A stretch of 64,000 bases of DNA from an uncultured Bacilli bacterium (GCA_934153675.1 CAKPFG010000002.1:32692-96691); one strand, 5' to 3'; shown: positions 17,697 to 27,722, numbered from the stretch's first letter. The notes: generated by a model from the sequence alone, not told the origin. Program-made: numbers and translations.

Positions 17697-19898
17697 TTAT
17701 TTCTCCTTCCATTTTTTTAATCTTAAAGCGTTTATTATAACAGTAAAACTAGATAATGTCATAGCAAAACCTGCTATCATCGGATTCATTGAAATATTAA
17801 TAAATTCTAAAAGCCCACATGCGATTGGAATTATACAAATATTATAAAAAAATGCAAAAAATAAATTACCTTTTATATTACTTAGTGTTTTTTTGCTTAT
17901 AACAAACAAATTATATATTGCATTCAAATCATTTTTCATTAATATAACATCAGCAGAATCAGCTGCTATATCAATAGCAGAATTTAAACTTACTCCTATA
18001 TCTGCAAAAGACAAACTTGGAGCATCATTTATTCCATCTCCAACCATCATAACTTTTAACCCTTTATCCTTTAATTCTTTAATTTTATTTGATTTTTCTT
18101 TAGGAGAAACGCTTGCTATTACTTCTTTAATGTCAATACTTTTAGCAATTATATTAGCAGTAATTCTATTATCTCCTGTAAGCATAATAACTCTCTTGTT
18201 TAGATGTTTTAATTTACTTATAACATCAGTTGCATTATCTCTAATAATATCTTTTACACCAATAAGTGCGATTACTTTTTTATTTTCTATAACATATACA
18301 ATACTATTACCATCCAAAGACAATTCTTTTTCTTCTTTAGAGACTTTATTATCTATATTATACTTCTCAAGCATTTTATTATTTCCTATTAAATATTCTT
18401 TTTCGTTAATAACACCTTTCAATCCAATCCCCACTATATTTTTAAATTCACTAACACTTAATTTTTTCAAATTATTTTCATTAGCATAATTTTCAAAAGC
18501 ACTAGCAATAGGATGTGTTGATTTACTTTCTAATGACGAAACAAGTTCTATCAAATCATTATCTGAATAAACAGAGCTATTTATTATTTTTGATATTCTT
18601 AAATTACCATAAGTTAATGTACCTGTTTTATCAAACACTATTACATCAATTTTATTTGCATTTTCAAATATTTCAGATTGCTTTACTAAGATGCCATTTT
18701 TAGCACATATTCCTTCACTTACTACTATGGTAAGTGGCGTTGCCAGACCTAATGCACAAGGGCAAGCACAAACAAGTACAGTTACAAAATAAACAATTGC
18801 TTCACTAAAACTAAATCCTAAAATTAAATGAATAACGAGGGCTATAACTGCTAAAATAATAACGATTGGAACAAATATTCCACTTACTTTATCTGCAATT
18901 CTTGCAATTGGTGCTTTTGTATTTATAGCTTCAACTACCAATCTTACTATTTCCGATATTGTTGAATTCTTACCTATATTTTCTGCTTTATACAAAACTT
19001 CGCCCTCTAAATTTATTGAACCTGCAACTACCTTATCATTTATATTTTTTCTAACAGGGGCTGATTCACCATTTATAAATGATTCATCTACGTATGAAAA
19101 ACCTTTTACAATAGTTCCATCCACAGCAAATCTATTCCCCGGTTTAACAATTAAAACATCCCCTTTTTTAACTTCATCAATAGAAACTTCCTTTTCTTTA
19201 TTATTAACAAATAATATTGCCGATGTTGGAGTAATAGTTACTAACCCTTTTATAGCCTCTTTAGTTTTTTCTTTACTAATACCATCTATATATCTACCAA
19301 ATTTAATCAAATAAAGAATAACACAAACACTTTCAAAATATAAACTTTCTACACATTTATTATTTCCTTTTAATATCATAATTATATTAAATAAACTAAA
19401 TCCAAAACTTGAAATAACTCCTAATGTAACTAATGTATCCATATTAAGAGATTTATATTTAATATTTTTAATACCATTAATAATAATATCTTTTCCAAAC
19501 CATATAAAATATAGACTAAATATAAATAAACATAATGAATAATTTACTGGATAATTTATCTTGTGCAAAAAAGGAATTACAGGTAAATGTAACATATATG
19601 ACATTGAAATATATAAAACTAATAAAACTAGTAAGCCATTAAATATAAAATAAATATTTTTATTAGTATCACCATTTCCTTGTTCGTCATAAATCCCCAA
19701 TGATTTAAATCCTGCTTCACTTACAAATCTATTCAAGTCATCTATGTTAATATTATCATCATAACTGATACTTGCTGATGACATTACTAAATTTACTAAA
19801 GCATCATTTATACCTTTTTGTTTTAAAAGATATTTTTCTAAACTTGACGAACAAGCACTGCAAGTCATACCATCTATTTTTAAAATTATCTTCTTCAT
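17697..19898 (-). CDS. copA: Copper-translocating P1B-type ATPase
   Basis: GMTCSACS HMA domain, CPC, DKTGTLT, GDGINDAP. Confidence 0.9.
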   Translation of the reverse strand: MKKIILKIDGMTCSACSSSLEKYLLKQKGINDALVNLVMSSASISYDDNINIDDLNRFVSEAGFKSLGIYDEQGNGDTNKNIYFIFNGLLVLLVLYISMSYMLHLPVIPFLHKINYPVNYSLCLFIFSLYFIWFGKDIIINGIKNIKYKSLNMDTLVTLGVISSFGFSLFNIIMILKGNNKCVESLYFESVCVILYLIKFGRYIDGISKEKTKEAIKGLVTITPTSAILFVNNKEKEVSIDEVKKGDVLIVKPGNRFAVDGTIVKGFSYVDESFINGESAPVRKNINDKVVAGSINLEGEVLYKAENIGKNSTISEIVRLVVEAINTKAPIARIADKVSGIFVPIVIILAVIALVIHLILGFSFSEAIVYFVTVLVCACPCALGLATPLTIVVSEGICAKNGILVKQSEIFENANKIDVIVFDKTGTLTYGNLRISKIINSSVYSDNDLIELVSSLESKSTHPIASAFENYANENNLKKLSVSEFKNIVGIGLKGVINEKEYLIGNNKMLEKYNIDNKVSKEEKELSLDGNSIVYVIENKKVIALIGVKDIIRDNATDVISKLKHLNKRVIMLTGDNRITANIIAKSIDIKEVIASVSPKEKSNKIKELKDKGLKVMMVGDGINDAPSLSFADIGVSLNSAIDIAADSADVILMKNDLNAIYNLFVISKKTLSNIKGNLFFAFFYNICIIPIACGLLEFINISMNPMIAGFAMTLSSFTVIINALRLKKWKEK

Positions 19899-20048
19899 TT
19901 TTTCACCTCAAAATATTTCATTATCTAGATAATATACAATCAAACAGATTCATATCACTTCTCATATAATATTAGTATATCACAAATAATACGGTATTTA
20001 TAATTCAAAAAAAGTTTTTATAATGATTGAGTTTTAACTTCTATATTA

Positions 20049-20075
20049 AAAAAAATCATAGAACAATCTATGATT
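20049..20075 (-). terminator. Bidirectional rho-independent terminator ending the sipW-type operon
   Basis: atcatagaacaatctatgat perfect hairpin flanked by A/T runs. Confidence 0.65.
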
Positions 20076-21389
20076 TTAATCGATAAAAGTTATTTTAGCA
20101 TAACCATTACCTTGTTTTGCACAATTTGCTGTTGGAGTTGCACTCGTACATGTTGTGGAAATGGTTTTTGTAGATATCTCATTAGATTTTTGACAGTTAT
20201 AACAATACATAGTTTTATTAGTTAGAAGAGGATTTCCTATGTATCCTGAACCACCTCCGCCACCTCGATAATCTGTTTTAGCAGTTCCTCCATAGAAACC
20301 GCCTCCACCAGCAAAGGTACCATTTGTTTGTCCTTGTCCAAAGGCATAACCATTTGTTTGTGTTCCACCTTGTCCTCCAGTATTTTCGTTTATTGAGCCT
20401 TCTGATGTTCCAGCATTTCCTGAAATTCCACCTCCAGAACCCCCAAAACCATAATAAGTTCCATATGAGACTGCAAGATAACCAGCTGGGCCACCTCCAC
20501 CAGATACAATTAAAATATCATCTTTGTTATTTTCAAGTGATGAAAGAATACCACTAATTTTAGCAATATGAGTTGCTCCTCCACCGCCTCCACTATAAAC
20601 TATAGTAGTTCCAGCTGATGCAGAACCACCTCCATTGTAACCACCATCTGCTTTTTGAGCTGGATTCAAATTATTTTCTCCTTGACCACCAACATTTAAA
20701 TATAATTGTGCATCTACATTTAAATCTATTTCGCCTACAGAGTATCCTCCATAACCAGATAAAATATCTGAAGATTTAGCATAGCCTCCTTGAGCTCCCC
20801 ATGTTTCTAATTTATATCTTCCATTGTAAGGAACTGTGAATGTTTGTTCTCCACCAGTATAAGCATATAACCATTCTGTTTGTTTTACTTTTTTAAAGAC
20901 ATATTGTAACACTACAGCTGTATCTTGGTTTGGTGTATTAGTTGTAAATACTATTTTTAGTTTCTTTACTGTATTACTTGGTATTATATCTCCAACACTT
21001 ATATCTTGAATTTCATATTTTATATTTTTATTTGAGTAACTATCTTCTAGTATATCACTTAAGTAATATCTAGAATTTGAATCATTTGTTATTTCTATTT
21101 CATATGTTAGTTTAGAATTACTATCAGGTAGTGTTACAAATGTACTAGTAGTATCTTTGGTATATTTGTTATTATATGTTTCGTAACCTTTGTTTTCAGA
21201 TGATAAGACTTTTATATTGGTTACTCTTATATCTGTTTCTACTTTTACATATGCTTCTCCACTTATTGATAATTCTGTATTTAGGGCTGCATATCCATAT
21301 GAGGTAAATATTATTGCTATTACTACGGCTAGATATAAAAAAGGAATCTTTGATTTAAAGGTTCCTTTCCCTGATTTTATTGGTTTCAT
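20076..21389 (-). CDS. Large secreted glycine-rich protein with SipW-cognate-like signal region and Cys-rich C-terminus
   Basis: N-terminal TM + AALNTELSISGEA; TasA/Ig-like N domain; about 200-aa GG-rich region; C-terminal CYNCQ...C...C. Confidence 0.55.
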   Translation of the reverse strand: MKPIKSGKGTFKSKIPFLYLAVVIAIIFTSYGYAALNTELSISGEAYVKVETDIRVTNIKVLSSENKGYETYNNKYTKDTTSTFVTLPDSNSKLTYEIEITNDSNSRYYLSDILEDSYSNKNIKYEIQDISVGDIIPSNTVKKLKIVFTTNTPNQDTAVVLQYVFKKVKQTEWLYAYTGGEQTFTVPYNGRYKLETWGAQGGYAKSSDILSGYGGYSVGEIDLNVDAQLYLNVGGQGENNLNPAQKADGGYNGGGSASAGTTIVYSGGGGGATHIAKISGILSSLENNKDDILIVSGGGGPAGYLAVSYGTYYGFGGSGGGISGNAGTSEGSINENTGGQGGTQTNGYAFGQGQTNGTFAGGGGFYGGTAKTDYRGGGGGSGYIGNPLLTNKTMYCYNCQKSNEISTKTISTTCTSATPTANCAKQGNGYAKITFID

Positions 21390-22501
21390 TAAAATTCACC
21401 TTTTTTATGAGTTAATGTTAATCTTTCTTGGTATGCTCTTGTAAGTGTAAATCTATATGTTGCCTTAGATCCATTTAAGACAAAATATGCTTTATTACCA
21501 GGTTCTACTTCATAGAATAATATTGGTGTTTGTTCTATTTTTTGAGCATCTATTAATTCTTCAAATGTTTCAACTCTTATTAAGTTTTCACTTTCTCTAA
21601 AATCACTCTTTGCTTTTACTATATATGTATCATAATTTTTAAGTATTTTATATAAAGCATTTTCATATGGATCATTTGAATATCTTGATAAGTAAACACA
21701 TATAGAAATTATTATTCCAGATAAACCTAATATTGATAATAATGCTCCAGATATTAATAAGATAATATTACCTATTTCTATTTTTTCTGTATATGCTAAT
21801 GCTTTACTATTATTTATATCACTAGCAGTCAGTACTATATCTACTGTTTGTTCTGATAATGGTATTCTTATTTTTAAATTATTATTACTTGCTATTTTTT
21901 CAGTTGTTTTATCATAATCTCCATCAACACTTATTATCATCTTTAATTCTAAATAAGCATTTGATGTTAAACCATAATCTCTTCTAAATGAATTAGCATA
22001 GTTATTATATTTATCATAATCTATATCTATATCTTCATTAATAATAAAGTTATTATCACTAACTTTTTTTGCTGTTTCGTTTAGTAATACTTCATCTTTT
22101 GAATATAATACTTTTTTATCATCTGTTTTATCTGTTATTTTTAATGTTCCAACTATTTTATATTTATAGTTATAATTAACATTATCTGTTGAATGCATTT
22201 CATACTTAAAATCAACATTTATTGTATTTATTAAGGATGCTATATATTGCATATTTTTACCTAAGAATTTATCTTCATAGTAATTATTTTCTTTTAAATA
22301 TACTTTATAATCTATATTTCCTTTTTCATTATAAGATAATACTGCTTTATTATCTTTTTTTAATGAACTAAAAATACATAATGCTCCGAATGCTATTAGT
22401 ATTATAGATGGTATTACTAATAATAAAACCATTTTCTTTACATTTAATCTTTTCTTTTTTACATGATATACTTTATCTGCTTTTTCATATCTATATTCCG
22501 C
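21389..22501 (-). CDS. Bitopic/two-TM membrane protein of the sipW-type operon
   Basis: RBS gaaggaggt before MAEYRY; TM near N-terminus and second TM about residue 250; translationally coupled to neighbours. Confidence 0.5.
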   Translation of the reverse strand, partial: AEYRYEKADKVYHVKKKRLNVKKMVLLLVIPSIILIAFGALCIFSSLKKDNKAVLSYNEKGNIDYKVYLKENNYYEDKFLGKNMQYIASLINTINVDFKYEMHSTDNVNYNYKYKIVGTLKITDKTDDKKVLYSKDEVLLNETAKKVSDNNFIINEDIDIDYDKYNNYANSFRRDYGLTSNAYLELKMIISVDGDYDKTTEKIASNNNLKIRIPLSEQTVDIVLTASDINNSKALAYTEKIEIGNIILLISGALLSILGLSGIIISICVYLSRYSNDPYENALYKILKNYDTYIVKAKSDFRESENLIRVETFEELIDAQKIEQTPILFYEVEPGNKAYFVLNGSKATYRFTLTRAYQERLTLTHKKGEF

Positions 22502-22505
22502 CATT

Positions 22506-23669
22506 TTAATTACCTCCTTCAAATAGCCTATTTAACCACACTGTTGGATATCCTACTAATGCTATTTTAAATCTTACCTTTCCTATTACATCTTTTTCTT
22601 GTATATCCCAACTGTCTATACTTTTGTTATTATCTCCTTTAGTATTATAAATATATTTACCACTACTATCATCTATTTTTACTATTCTATGTAATATTAC
22701 TTTATTTTCTTTTTTATAAACTAATACATCACCTATTTTTAATTTATCATAATCTTTTGTCTTTTCTACTAATACTAAATCTCCTACTTGTATTTTAGGT
22801 TCCATTGAACCACTTCCTACTGCTAGAAAATAAAACTTAAATAATCCACTCATAAAACATACATAAACAAATAATACAACTGATAATATAACCCCTGATA
22901 CTGTTTTTAATGTTTTATGTTCTTTTTTTACTTCTTCTTTCTTTTTAGGATGAAGTATCATGTTATTTGTATAAGATATTAAATAAAGTAATAAGATAAA
23001 TGGATAAATAATGTTTAAGACACATTGTAAATAATCTGATATATTTGGTATTATTGGTAAATAATAATTTGGTATTTCCATTAATATTCTATAGATTATA
23101 TTTGTTTTATAACCATAATAGTAACAATTATATGTTAACATTATATTTTTCATTATTGATGGAAATATAACGAATGCCATTAATTCAAAAACTCCTTTAA
23201 AAGTTGTTAATGAATAAATACTATAATTTATACTAAAATCTACAAATATTAACATAAGTGTTGTAAGAATTATTATTAACTTTGATGATCTTCCTTTTTC
23301 TATAAATTGGTATCTTAATATTTCCGATATTATTATAATGGATAAGGTTGGAATTACTATTTTAAATAGGTGTTGTGTTCCTAATTTATAACTACTACTT
23401 AAAAAGCCTGATTTTGAACCAAAAAATACAAATGATAAAGATAGATATAAAAGAGTAAAGACTATAATTGAAAGCATAATACTTTTTTCATTTGAACTTC
23501 TATTTTTGGTATATCCTAATAGCATTATTGATAAAATAAATGCTATTATTAATGAAATTAAACATCCATATTCTTTAATCTTGAAAATATCAAATACAAA
23601 GCTTTCTAGGATCAATAATACTATTGTAGTTATAATTATACCTAATATTCTTTTTGTACTACTTTTCAT
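22506..23669 (-). CDS. sipW: SipW-type (ER/archaeal-type) signal peptidase I fused to an about 270-aa polytopic N-terminal membrane domain
   Basis: C-terminal AVGSGSMEP ... ILHRIVK ... GDNN S26 Ser/His motifs; about 8 predicted TM helices N-terminal; 387 aa vs about 190 for canonical SipW. Confidence 0.7.
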   Translation of the reverse strand: MKSSTKRILGIIITTIVLLILESFVFDIFKIKEYGCLISLIIAFILSIMLLGYTKNRSSNEKSIMLSIIVFTLLYLSLSFVFFGSKSGFLSSSYKLGTQHLFKIVIPTLSIIIISEILRYQFIEKGRSSKLIIILTTLMLIFVDFSINYSIYSLTTFKGVFELMAFVIFPSIMKNIMLTYNCYYYGYKTNIIYRILMEIPNYYLPIIPNISDYLQCVLNIIYPFILLLYLISYTNNMILHPKKKEEVKKEHKTLKTVSGVILSVVLFVYVCFMSGLFKFYFLAVGSGSMEPKIQVGDLVLVEKTKDYDKLKIGDVLVYKKENKVILHRIVKIDDSSGKYIYNTKGDNNKSIDSWDIQEKDVIGKVRFKIALVGYPTVWLNRLFEGGN

Positions 23670-23735
23670 ATTAAATCTCCTTTCTCTTTGTATTTCATAT
23701 TTTCAGTTAAAGAAAAACTTTAACTGATTTTTTTA

Positions 23736-24320
23736 TTAGTTTTGTGAGTATACTACTGTTGTTTCTAGATTACTTATAGCAACATCATCTGTTGGTAATT
23801 CACTTGCTACAGTATCTGCACTATAAGTTAATGTTAATTTTAAGTTCTTAGTTTCTTTTGAATCTAATGTATCATTTTCTGCAATTGGACTTCCATCTGC
23901 ATATGTTAATGTATATGATAAGTTTTTACATACATTTGAAGCATCTATAGTTGCATTTGCTCCATTACCAGTACATGTTGGTGTAGGAATTACTATTGAT
24001 GATACTTTTGCATTAAATGTTCCTTCATTTGTAACATCAAATGTATAAGTTATACTATCACCAGGTGCTGTAAATGTAACATTATAATCTCCTATATGTG
24101 TATCTTCATTTGAAAGTGTTGGTGCTGTAACCTCTTGTGCTTGTCCTGTTAATGTTGCTGTTGATAGATTAGCAAATTTAATTTTCCAAGATGATGCTTT
24201 AACTTTACCAGATCCGTTTATTGTAAGATTTGTTGAAAAAGCGGCAAAACCAACTCCTACAACTACTATAAGGGCAATTACTCCAACTGCCATAATTACT
24301 TTAAAATTTTTATTATTCAT
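23736..24320 (-). CDS. TasA/camelysin-like secreted protein with SipW-cognate-type signal peptide (paralog 2)
   Basis: Strong RBS aaaggagga; signal peptide then AAFSTNLTINGSGKV; two conserved Cys; C-terminal VVYSQN. Confidence 0.6.
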   Translation of the reverse strand: MNNKNFKVIMAVGVIALIVVVGVGFAAFSTNLTINGSGKVKASSWKIKFANLSTATLTGQAQEVTAPTLSNEDTHIGDYNVTFTAPGDSITYTFDVTNEGTFNAKVSSIVIPTPTCTGNGANATIDASNVCKNLSYTLTYADGSPIAENDTLDSKETKNLKLTLTYSADTVASELPTDDVAISNLETTVVYSQN

Positions 24321-24339
24321 ACTTATTCCTCCTTTTATA

Positions 24340-24885
24340 TTACCTTTGTGAATAAACAGCGGCAATACTTAAATTACTTACATCTACTTCGTTTAATGGT
24401 AGTTGACTACCAGTATACGATAATTTTAACATTAATTGTTTTTTCTCTTTTGAATTTAAAACATCTCCAACTTTTATTTTGGTTCCATCTTGGTACATCA
24501 ATTCATATTTTATGTTTTTGCATACTAACTCAGCATCTTCTTTTCCTTGTTCTCCACTTCCACTGCATATAGGTGTTGCTATTTGAATAGAACTTAATTC
24601 AGCATTCAAACCTCCATCATTTACTACCTCAAATAAGTAAGAAATAGAATCATTAGGATTTTGTAATTTAACATTTAAATTGACAATGCTAGTTGATTTA
24701 TCAGCAATATATGGTTTAGATATTTCTATTGTATTTCCATTTATTACTGGATCATTTAGATTTGCAAAGTGGATGTCCCAATTTGCAGACCCCATCTTCA
24801 TTTTCCCCCTTATGTCTAAAGATGTAGAAACCATCGCAAATGATATAGGAATTGATACTAACATTAATATCATGGCACAAACCAT
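24340..24885 (-). CDS. TasA/camelysin-like secreted protein with SipW-cognate-type signal peptide (paralog 1; start uncertain)
   Basis: Signal peptide then FAMVSTSLDIRGKM; same conserved blocks as paralog 2 (WxIxFANL, TPxCxGxG, CKN, VYSQ). Confidence 0.55.
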   Translation of the reverse strand: MVCAMILMLVSIPISFAMVSTSLDIRGKMKMGSANWDIHFANLNDPVINGNTIEISKPYIADKSTSIVNLNVKLQNPNDSISYLFEVVNDGGLNAELSSIQIATPICSGSGEQGKEDAELVCKNIKYELMYQDGTKIKVGDVLNSKEKKQLMLKLSYTGSQLPLNEVDVSNLSIAAVYSQR

Positions 24886-25093
24886 TATCACTTTTTGATT
24901 TTTCAATATATCACCACACTTTCTAGAATAACCATAAAGCACTTATTATTTTTATGTTATCCTATTATCATTAGTATACCATATAATTTCATTTTTTTTA
25001 CAATTTTTTGATTTTTTCCAGTGAAAAAGAGTAAATTTTCTTTGCAAAGAAATTTGATATAATTACTACATAATAAAAAGGTGGTATGAAGTA

Positions 25094-25438
25094 ATGAATA
25101 GAAAAGAAAGAAGAACTTTAAAAAAAGATAAGGATTTGGTAAAGGAATTATATTCTATTATTAATAAATATCTTCCTAAATTATTTGATATGTTTGAGGG
25201 CTTGACTGATTCTAGAAATCAAAGTTATGTTACTTATAAAACGAAAACTATCTGTGTAACTAGACTATTCAGTCTTCTTTGTGGCTTAACTACTATGACT
25301 GATATTTCTTTTGATGACTTTAACTCTGATAATTGTATAAAGAATTTATCCAACATATGCAATCAAGATTTAGAAGAGATTCCTTATTGGAAAACTATTC
25401 AGGATGTATTTGTAAAAATCAAAACATATGAATTCTGA
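25094..25438 (+). pseudogene. Transposase N-terminal fragment (ISAs1/IS4-like DDE_Tnp_1-associated domain), truncated
   Basis: FEGLTDSRNQSYVTYKTKTICVTRLFSLLCGLTTMTDIS resembles H-repeat/ISAs1 N-terminal domain; no DDE domain follows. Confidence 0.4.
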
Positions 25439-25544
25439 TACTTTTTTGTCATAGTTTCCCCATAAAACAGCATCATATAAATAATTGAATTCTTCAACAC
25501 TATTAACATTCTCTTTTATTGAAATCATTTATACCACCCAAAAT

Positions 25545-26027
25545 CTATATTTTCTTTATCATCGTTTCCATTCTTGTATGATAATTTTTCTCATTATAAA
25601 AACTCTTACCTATTTCATTATAGGCAAAAACATCAACTATTACATATTCACATCCAACGGATTTAAAATATTCTTCCATTTTATTTATTAGTTGTTGTCC
25701 TATACCTTTACTTCTAATTTTGTTTGTAACTATTAATTCTGTAATTTCTCCCCTTTTAGGACATTTATAATCTAAATAATCATATTCATCATAAGGAAAT
25801 ATGCAACCCATAATTAAACCAATTGCCTTATTATTTTCTACTGCTAAATAACATTTACCATTGTTCTTATTAACTTCTTCTAAATCTATAATTGCCATTT
25901 TTTCTCGATATTCAGAATGAACTTGATCCAAATGATCTTTATCTATTGATACGATATATTTCTCAAGTTCAACTAATAAGTCTTTAACATCTTCTAGATA
26001 TTTATCTTGATATTCTATTATTTTCAT
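25545..26027 (-). CDS. GNAT family N-acetyltransferase
   Basis: RSKGIGQQLI ... acetyl-CoA binding motif. Confidence 0.75.
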   Translation of the reverse strand: MKIIEYQDKYLEDVKDLLVELEKYIVSIDKDHLDQVHSEYREKMAIIDLEEVNKNNGKCYLAVENNKAIGLIMGCIFPYDEYDYLDYKCPKRGEITELIVTNKIRSKGIGQQLINKMEEYFKSVGCEYVIVDVFAYNEIGKSFYNEKNYHTRMETMIKKI

Positions 26028-26392
26028 TTTTTAATCACCTCAAATACTTCAAATATAACTCTTGTGTTTTCATTAAAATTAGGATCTAATTTTTTAAAAT
26101 AATTTGTATGACTTTCTTTCCATTCGTTTAACGATTTATTCTCACCCTCAAATTTTGCTAAATTCCATGTAATATTTTTAAATTCAGTAACAATAACATT
26201 ACTTGTTTTTATAAAGCATACATTGTTATCTTTTGTATCTGTCATTATTGATATATCTCCAACCTCTGAAATATTATCTAGATCATATAATGATGTAGTA
26301 GCTATCTTTTTACCATCTAACACAAGATTAACTAATCTATCTACATCAATTTCAAAAATCCATCTATCAGGTTCATTTAATAGCACTATCAT
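26024..26392 (-). CDS. ASCH-domain protein
   Basis: GKKIATT ... EWK ... FEVFEVI pattern. Confidence 0.5.
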   Translation of the reverse strand: MIVLLNEPDRWIFEIDVDRLVNLVLDGKKIATTSLYDLDNISEVGDISIMTDTKDNNVCFIKTSNVIVTEFKNITWNLAKFEGENKSLNEWKESHTNYFKKLDPNFNENTRVIFEVFEVIKK

Positions 26393-26427
26393 TTTTTCTT
26401 TATTACCTAATGTGTCTGATCATACAT

Positions 26428-26890
26428 ATTCATCCACTATTTCAAAGTCACATTTTTCATAACATTTGACTATACTTTCGTTTCTTTTAAAAGGTCTTAA
26501 TACAATACAGTCGCATAAGCAATTTTCATAAATATAATTATTAACATATTTAACAATTTGTGTTTTAATTCCTCTAGATAAGCATTCCGACTCTCCAATA
26601 AATATATCATATTCATATATACTATCATATTTTATAAATGCTTTGCTTTTCTTATCATCATATTTATATATTTGAACAAATCCTATTTTATTATCATTAT
26701 AATTTATAAAAAATAACTGTTACTGATTTGCTAATAATTTATTCTTATATTTTTTTCTATCTACTCATAGGAAAGTTTTCTTTGTTCAAACCACTTATAA
26801 ATAAATTCTTTACTACACCATTTATACATTAATTCATAATTATCTTTTTTATCAGTGAATTCAATTAAATCTATTTTGCTCATAATCTCA
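26428..26890 (-). pseudogene. Disrupted AAC(6')-like GNAT acetyltransferase (N-terminal 40-aa ORF + out-of-frame C-terminal part)
   Basis: MSKIDLIEFTDKKDNYELMYKWCSKEFIYKWFEQRKLSYE-stop, then ...FIGESECLSRGIKTQIVKYVNNY...NESIVKCYEKCDFEIVDEYV in another frame. Confidence 0.55.
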
Positions 26891-27053
26891 CCAACTTTCA
26901 TACATAATTATACCATGAAACTATAATATATTTTTATTTATGTAACCATACACTAAATCAAAGTGGGCTCCAAAGTGGCTCAGCTTTTTTTTGAACTATT
27001 TTTTGGCAAAAAGAAAAACTCGCTTTTCCCCTTTGTTTATGGGACTTTACGAG

Positions 27054-27116
27054 TTATTTACCACAACATTGCTTATATTTTTTACCACTTCCACATGACT
27101 TTTTAATATATGTCAT
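27054..27116 (-). repeat. Fossil secA 3'-end copy A (20-aa mini-ORF MTYIKKSCGSGKKYKQCCGK)
   Basis: Nucleotide and peptide identity to the secA C-terminal SEC-C tail. Confidence 0.8.
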
Positions 27117-27203
27117 TCTGCTCCACTTTAGAGCATTTTATCCTATAAATTTGCACTTTTTTGCACTTAGCTACACTCTGTTACACCCCGCTTCACTAGC
27201 AGA

Positions 27204-27225
27204 ACGTATCTAAAAACGTATCTAA
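27204..27225. repeat. Tandem motif ACGTATCTAAAAACGTATCTAA (copy A), overlapping stop of upstream gene
   Basis: Direct sequence. Confidence 0.85.
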
Positions 27226-27722
27226 TTTTTAACTGATTTTATTTGAAATAATGTTACTATATTTGCAATAATATTCATAAAATCAAATATTGCTGATGTA
27301 TATGATTTTATTACTATATCATATATAAACCACATAAGCATAGTAAAAACAATTAATAATTTGAATCTTTTGACATTTTTTATATTCATTAACCATATAT
27401 AAGTGACTGTACTGATTAAAGGCAATAATCCAATATACCTTAAATTATTGAATTTTAAAGTTAAAATTATTGCTAAAATTGTTATTACTATTTTTTCTTT
27501 TAGTCCTAGTTTATCTTTATAGCATAATATATTTCTAATCAAACTTAATGCATTTATTATAGCCCCAGTTATTCCACCCAAAATAATATTACTAATTACT
27601 GACATTCCTATTTGTACTGTCTGAAAATATAATATTTTTTTCTTTTGTTTTAATGTGCCAGAGTATACCATTAATATTGAAGCAATGAGCGCAATTATAT
27701 TCCCTATTATTATACTTACCAT
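27222..27722 (-). CDS. YgjV-like polytopic inner membrane protein (paralog 1)
   Basis: 166 aa, 4-5 TM, similar to adjacent paralog. Confidence 0.4.
   Translation of the reverse strand: MVSIIIGNIIALIASILMVYSGTLKQKKKILYFQTVQIGMSVISNIILGGITGAIINALSLIRNILCYKDKLGLKEKIVITILAIILTLKFNNLRYIGLLPLISTVTYIWLMNIKNVKRFKLLIVFTMLMWFIYDIVIKSYTSAIFDFMNIIANIVTLFQIKSVKN

Noticed and set aside
17893-18703. Plus-strand ORFs inside copA (17893-18489, 18515-18703)
   Set aside because: Antisense to a well-supported P-type ATPase gene.
19899-20048. CsoR/CopY-type operator upstream of copA
   Set aside because: Only weak partial palindromes (aataatacggtattt); not convincing.
20076-21389. Glycine-rich region as a collagen-like triple-helix protein
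   Set aside because: No GXY triplet periodicity; glycines occur in GG/GGG blocks with aromatic and polar residues.
20324-21444. Plus-strand ORFs 20324-20557 and 21190-21444
   Set aside because: Antisense within sipW-operon genes.
24348-24898. Plus-strand ORFs 24348-24572 and 24680-24898
   Set aside because: Antisense to the TasA-like paralog genes.
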